A DNA stretch of 22,205 bases from Mesotaenium endlicherianum (Eukaryota), in the NCBI GenBank assembly GCA_009602735.1, contig WELA01000694.1:518986-541190 (forward strand). The letters run 5' to 3'. How positions within the stretch are numbered: the stretch's first letter is position 1; each line of letters opens with the position of its first letter. Made by a program: the position numbers and the translations under genes. The notes below the pieces were generated by a model. It was not told the origin of the DNA. It did not search any database and saw only the letters and a program-made list of their open reading frames with translations. Of this stretch, positions 19,416 to 22,205 are shown piece by piece.

Positions 19416-21192
19416 GGGGGGGGGNNNNNNNNNNNNNNNNNNNNNNNNNGGGGGGGGGGGAAGGGGCCTGGACATCATTCCGCTGTACCCTAGCCCCTGG
19501 ACCTGCGATGCGTTGTGCCGCGCCGCCCCGCCGGGACAGAGGGAGCAGGGGCAGAGGCCAGTGTCACCAATTGGCAAGGAGAGCACACAGCCCGAGGACA
19601 GCATCTGGTCCAGCGCTCGTCGCCCACAGCCGTGCCAATCACGCGTGCTTGCTTTGCTTTATCATGGCATGCTCGAGTCCGTCGGGAAGCGGGGCCGTTG
19701 ACTGGAGCCATCTGCGGAGCAGGGTGGGCCTGGCTTCGTTTGAGCGCATCATTGCATCAACGCCGCGGAGCAGAGCCAGCCCACCCTTTCTGAATGGGTC
19801 AGCGGGAGACGTGCACCTCCTCCAAGCGTTGTCGTGTCGCGTTCAGAGGACTGCAAAAACCTCAGTCCTACTCGTGATGAGACCGTCAGAGCGGGCGTCA
19901 TCAGATGCACGTGGGTTGGTCGCACCCCACCCTCTTCCTTGCACTTGTATCCTGCGGCAGAGCCGAGAAAGTTTTGAGAAGGCATTGGCAAACATGAGTG
20001 TCCCTCACCCAGGGCGTGGCCATACGGCTGGGCTGAGAGCTGTGGCGTGCGCGGCAAAGGATGCGCTTTGCGTGGGTCTGCGGAGGCAGCAGAGACTACT
20101 GACCGAGAAGCTTAAGAACGTGGCAGGTGTCAGATGTCCGCCCACACGCATTGTCACTTCAGCAACACGCCCTACTATTCTTACCACGAAGCACAAACTG
20201 TTTCAGACGCAGCCCAGCCTGATTCAGGCTATCTTGCTCGTTCTCTAGCAAGGCGAAGGCAATCGACGGCCGCGGCATGCACGCTCGTGGAAGCGTCAGT
20301 GCGGTTGGCACAGCCAGCCAGACCACCAGAGCGCCAGGAAGAGTGTCTCATGCTTCAGCTTAAGCGAGCGCTTTGGGTCACCTTGAAACGAACAAAGCAC
20401 GCCCCCTCTGAGGAAGCCAGGTGTGTGCGCGGGCGGGGGACTGTGAGGTGCTGCTCGCACCTCAAACCCAAATTTGTCGATGATGTGGCGCAGAGCCGCC
20501 TTGCTGGCGGGCGTGAGCACGCGTCGCCCCTGCGTGGTGGCGCCGCTCCTCGCCAGGTACAGCAGGCGCACGCGCTGCCCCACTGGCGGCGCCACCTGGA
20601 GGTCCAGGCTGCGCAGGAGCTGCTGCTGGAACGCGCGCGCCACTGGCGCACCCCCCGGGTACGTGATCGCCTGCAAGGAGCGGGCATGAATGAGCGCGTG
20701 CCACGTGTGCTAGTTGCTCATTGGCAGCCTGCAGTCAGTCCAAACTTAAGGGACGACAAGGCTCTGCCGAGGGGGTCCAGAGCTTGCCACATGCCAGTCA
20801 ATAATATATACTACACATATAATTTTTTGAAAATAGAGGCTCCTCCTTCTCCTCCATCCCTGCATGGTGGGAGAGTGAGCAGGAAAGGGGAAGGCTGGGG
20901 GTTGGGGCGGCAGGGGAAGAGGGAGGGGAGGGGAGGGCGGGGGAGCTGGGCTACCTTGAGAACGCCGGGAAAGACGGCCCGCTGGAAGCACAGGGGGTGC
21001 TCCTCGGAGGCGGCCTTGAAGGGCGCGTCGAACTCCACGCGGCCCTCCGCCAGCGCATCATCGCCCAGCAGGTGGTGCGGCAGGAAGGCCTTGGAGCGCA
21101 CGACGTCGCGCCCCACCAGCGGCGCCAGCACCGACGACAGCAGCTGGTGCAGCAGCGTGGCGTGGTAGCTCTCCGAGCCGTACAGCCGGATT
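18700..21192 (-). CDS. Glycosyltransferase family 61 (DUF563) protein, last three exons: 21192-20955, 20670-20461, 19272-18700
   Basis: GT-AG junctions in phase 0. Product includes HPLCFQRAVFPG...RVRLLYLARSG...GRRVL...FGFEVREMEFSGLTFREQLRLVREADIIVSVHGAALVN...PDTVVVELQP. These are the GT61 signatures (CF..av; R....RR; F.EQ......AD.....HGA.L.N; P...VVE..P). Very high GC3. Confidence 0.92.
19379..19424. repeat. (GA)n microsatellite followed by poly-G, in GT61 intron
   Basis: GA x13 then a G homopolymer running into the gap. Confidence 0.95.
19425..19449. other. Assembly gap (25 N) in poly-G tract
   Basis: N run flanked by G homopolymers. Confidence 0.99.
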
Positions 21193-21551
21193 CTGGGAGG
21201 GGAGCGCCAACACACGCTCGCAGCGGCACACGCATGTGCACGCACGCGTACACGGGCGCGCACCCACACGCAGACGGACAAACACACACACACGCAGACA
21301 TACACAGAGGGGCAGGCAGACAGACAGACGAACACACGCACGCACATGCACGCACGCACGCAAGAAGGGACAATAAGAAACTGCTGGTGCGCGGGCAAAA
21401 GCAAGTACGGAGAAACGCAGCGTGCGGTGCGATTGACCAAGCCAACAGAGTAAGGCAGACTGAGTCCCACACGTGGTGCAGGAGGAGGGGGCGCCAGGGG
21501 GCGAAGTGGGGGCTGCTCTAAGCTTGGGTGGCGCGTACTGGCAGGGCTCAC

Positions 21552-21778
21552 GGGCTTCACGGGCTCCAGGGCTCCATCATTCACAAGGTAATGCCTGACT
21601 GCCTCCAAGCCTGCACTGGGGGATGAGTGGAAAGGAACGGCGGCTGCCCCCTCTTGAGGCTTTGGAAACGAGCTCCATGGAATAAAACCTCAGACGTGTG
21701 ACACCTGGCAGGCAGGGCCGGGTGGCCTTGATCCAAGCAGCACGCCCTGAGAACGAGGGCGAGAGCAACTCCCGTTCT
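21552..21778 (-). CDS. Probable upstream exons of the GT61 gene (21778-21705 and 21610-about 21552)
   Basis: ctacag|A GAA...CCA G|gtgtca and gtgcag|GC TTG join in phase 1, giving ERELLSPSFSGRAAWIKATRPCLPGLEAVRHYLVNDGALEPVKP. The best donor (gtgagc, 21551) is phase 0 while the next acceptor (21192) needs phase 2, so the junction is unresolved. The gene start was not identified. Confidence 0.35.
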
Positions 21779-22205
21779 CTGTAGCTGCCGGGGGGGCAAG
21801 AGAAGATGTAGCACGCAGAAAAGGAATGGCGGGGAAATTGAGAGAGGAGGGTGTGGAGGGAGGACGAGGGGGAGGGAGAGCAAGAAGAGGCAGGAGCAGA
21901 AAAGAGAAGAGAAGCAGGTGGAGGATGGAGGGAATTGAGGGTATAAAAGGGGAGGAGAGGGGAGGGAGGACGTAGGAGTGCGAGAGAGCAATGGGATCAG
22001 CCACTTTGCCTGCCTCCTGGCACCTGGAAGCGCCAGCAGGGGAAGGGGGCAGGAGCAGTAGGTGGACACCAGTGAGATGTGGGCGTGGCCGCGCACTGGC
22101 TGCATTGTCTCTGTGTCGTCTCCGGTTATCAATGATCCAGTCCCTCTCCACAACAGAGGGGGAGCGCAAGGAGAGGAAGGCAGGGGAAGGGGGTGGAGGG
22201 GCGGC

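Noticed and set aside
19145..21168. 367-aa and 344-aa plus-strand ORFs
   Set aside because: Antisense to GT61 exons and introns. The first runs through a gap and a microsatellite, and neither has domain-like content.
1..22205. tRNA, rRNA or snoRNA genes; autonomous transposase
   Set aside because: I recognised no cloverleaf, rRNA-like sequence, paired C/D boxes with terminal stems or transposase ORF by eye. A covariance-model scan would be needed to exclude them.

Overview
Eukaryotic, intron-rich genomic DNA with GC-rich exons, CT/GA microsatellites and two assembly gaps. The gene content is most consistent with a green-lineage organism such as a streptophyte alga; this is inference only. 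Most six-frame ORFs are artefacts of GC-rich or low-complexity sequence, so genes were rebuilt by eye from splice sites and phases. Left to right: (1) last exon of an RPA-interacting protein (RPAIN/RIP)-like gene at 449-610 (+). (2) A multi-exon + gene at 2719-11881 (about 13 exons, about 1086 aa in my model) with an N-terminal CDCA7-type zf-4CXXC_R1 zinc finger, long acidic and Pro-rich linkers, an unassigned middle block and a C-terminal Tudor-like domain. (3) An intergenic region with a possible spliced minus-strand transcript, several 10-bp-period arrays and an intact 294-bp hAT-type MITE at 14572-14865 (17-bp TIRs, 8-bp TSD). (4) A single-coding-exon orphan gene at 15705-16289 (+) with a CxxC-x12-CxxC motif. 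(5) The 3' part of a family-61 glycosyltransferase gene on the - strand, from 18700 towards the window end. The most interesting items are the zf-4CXXC_R1 plus Tudor architecture with a variant finger, the MITE, and the recurring decamer arrays.
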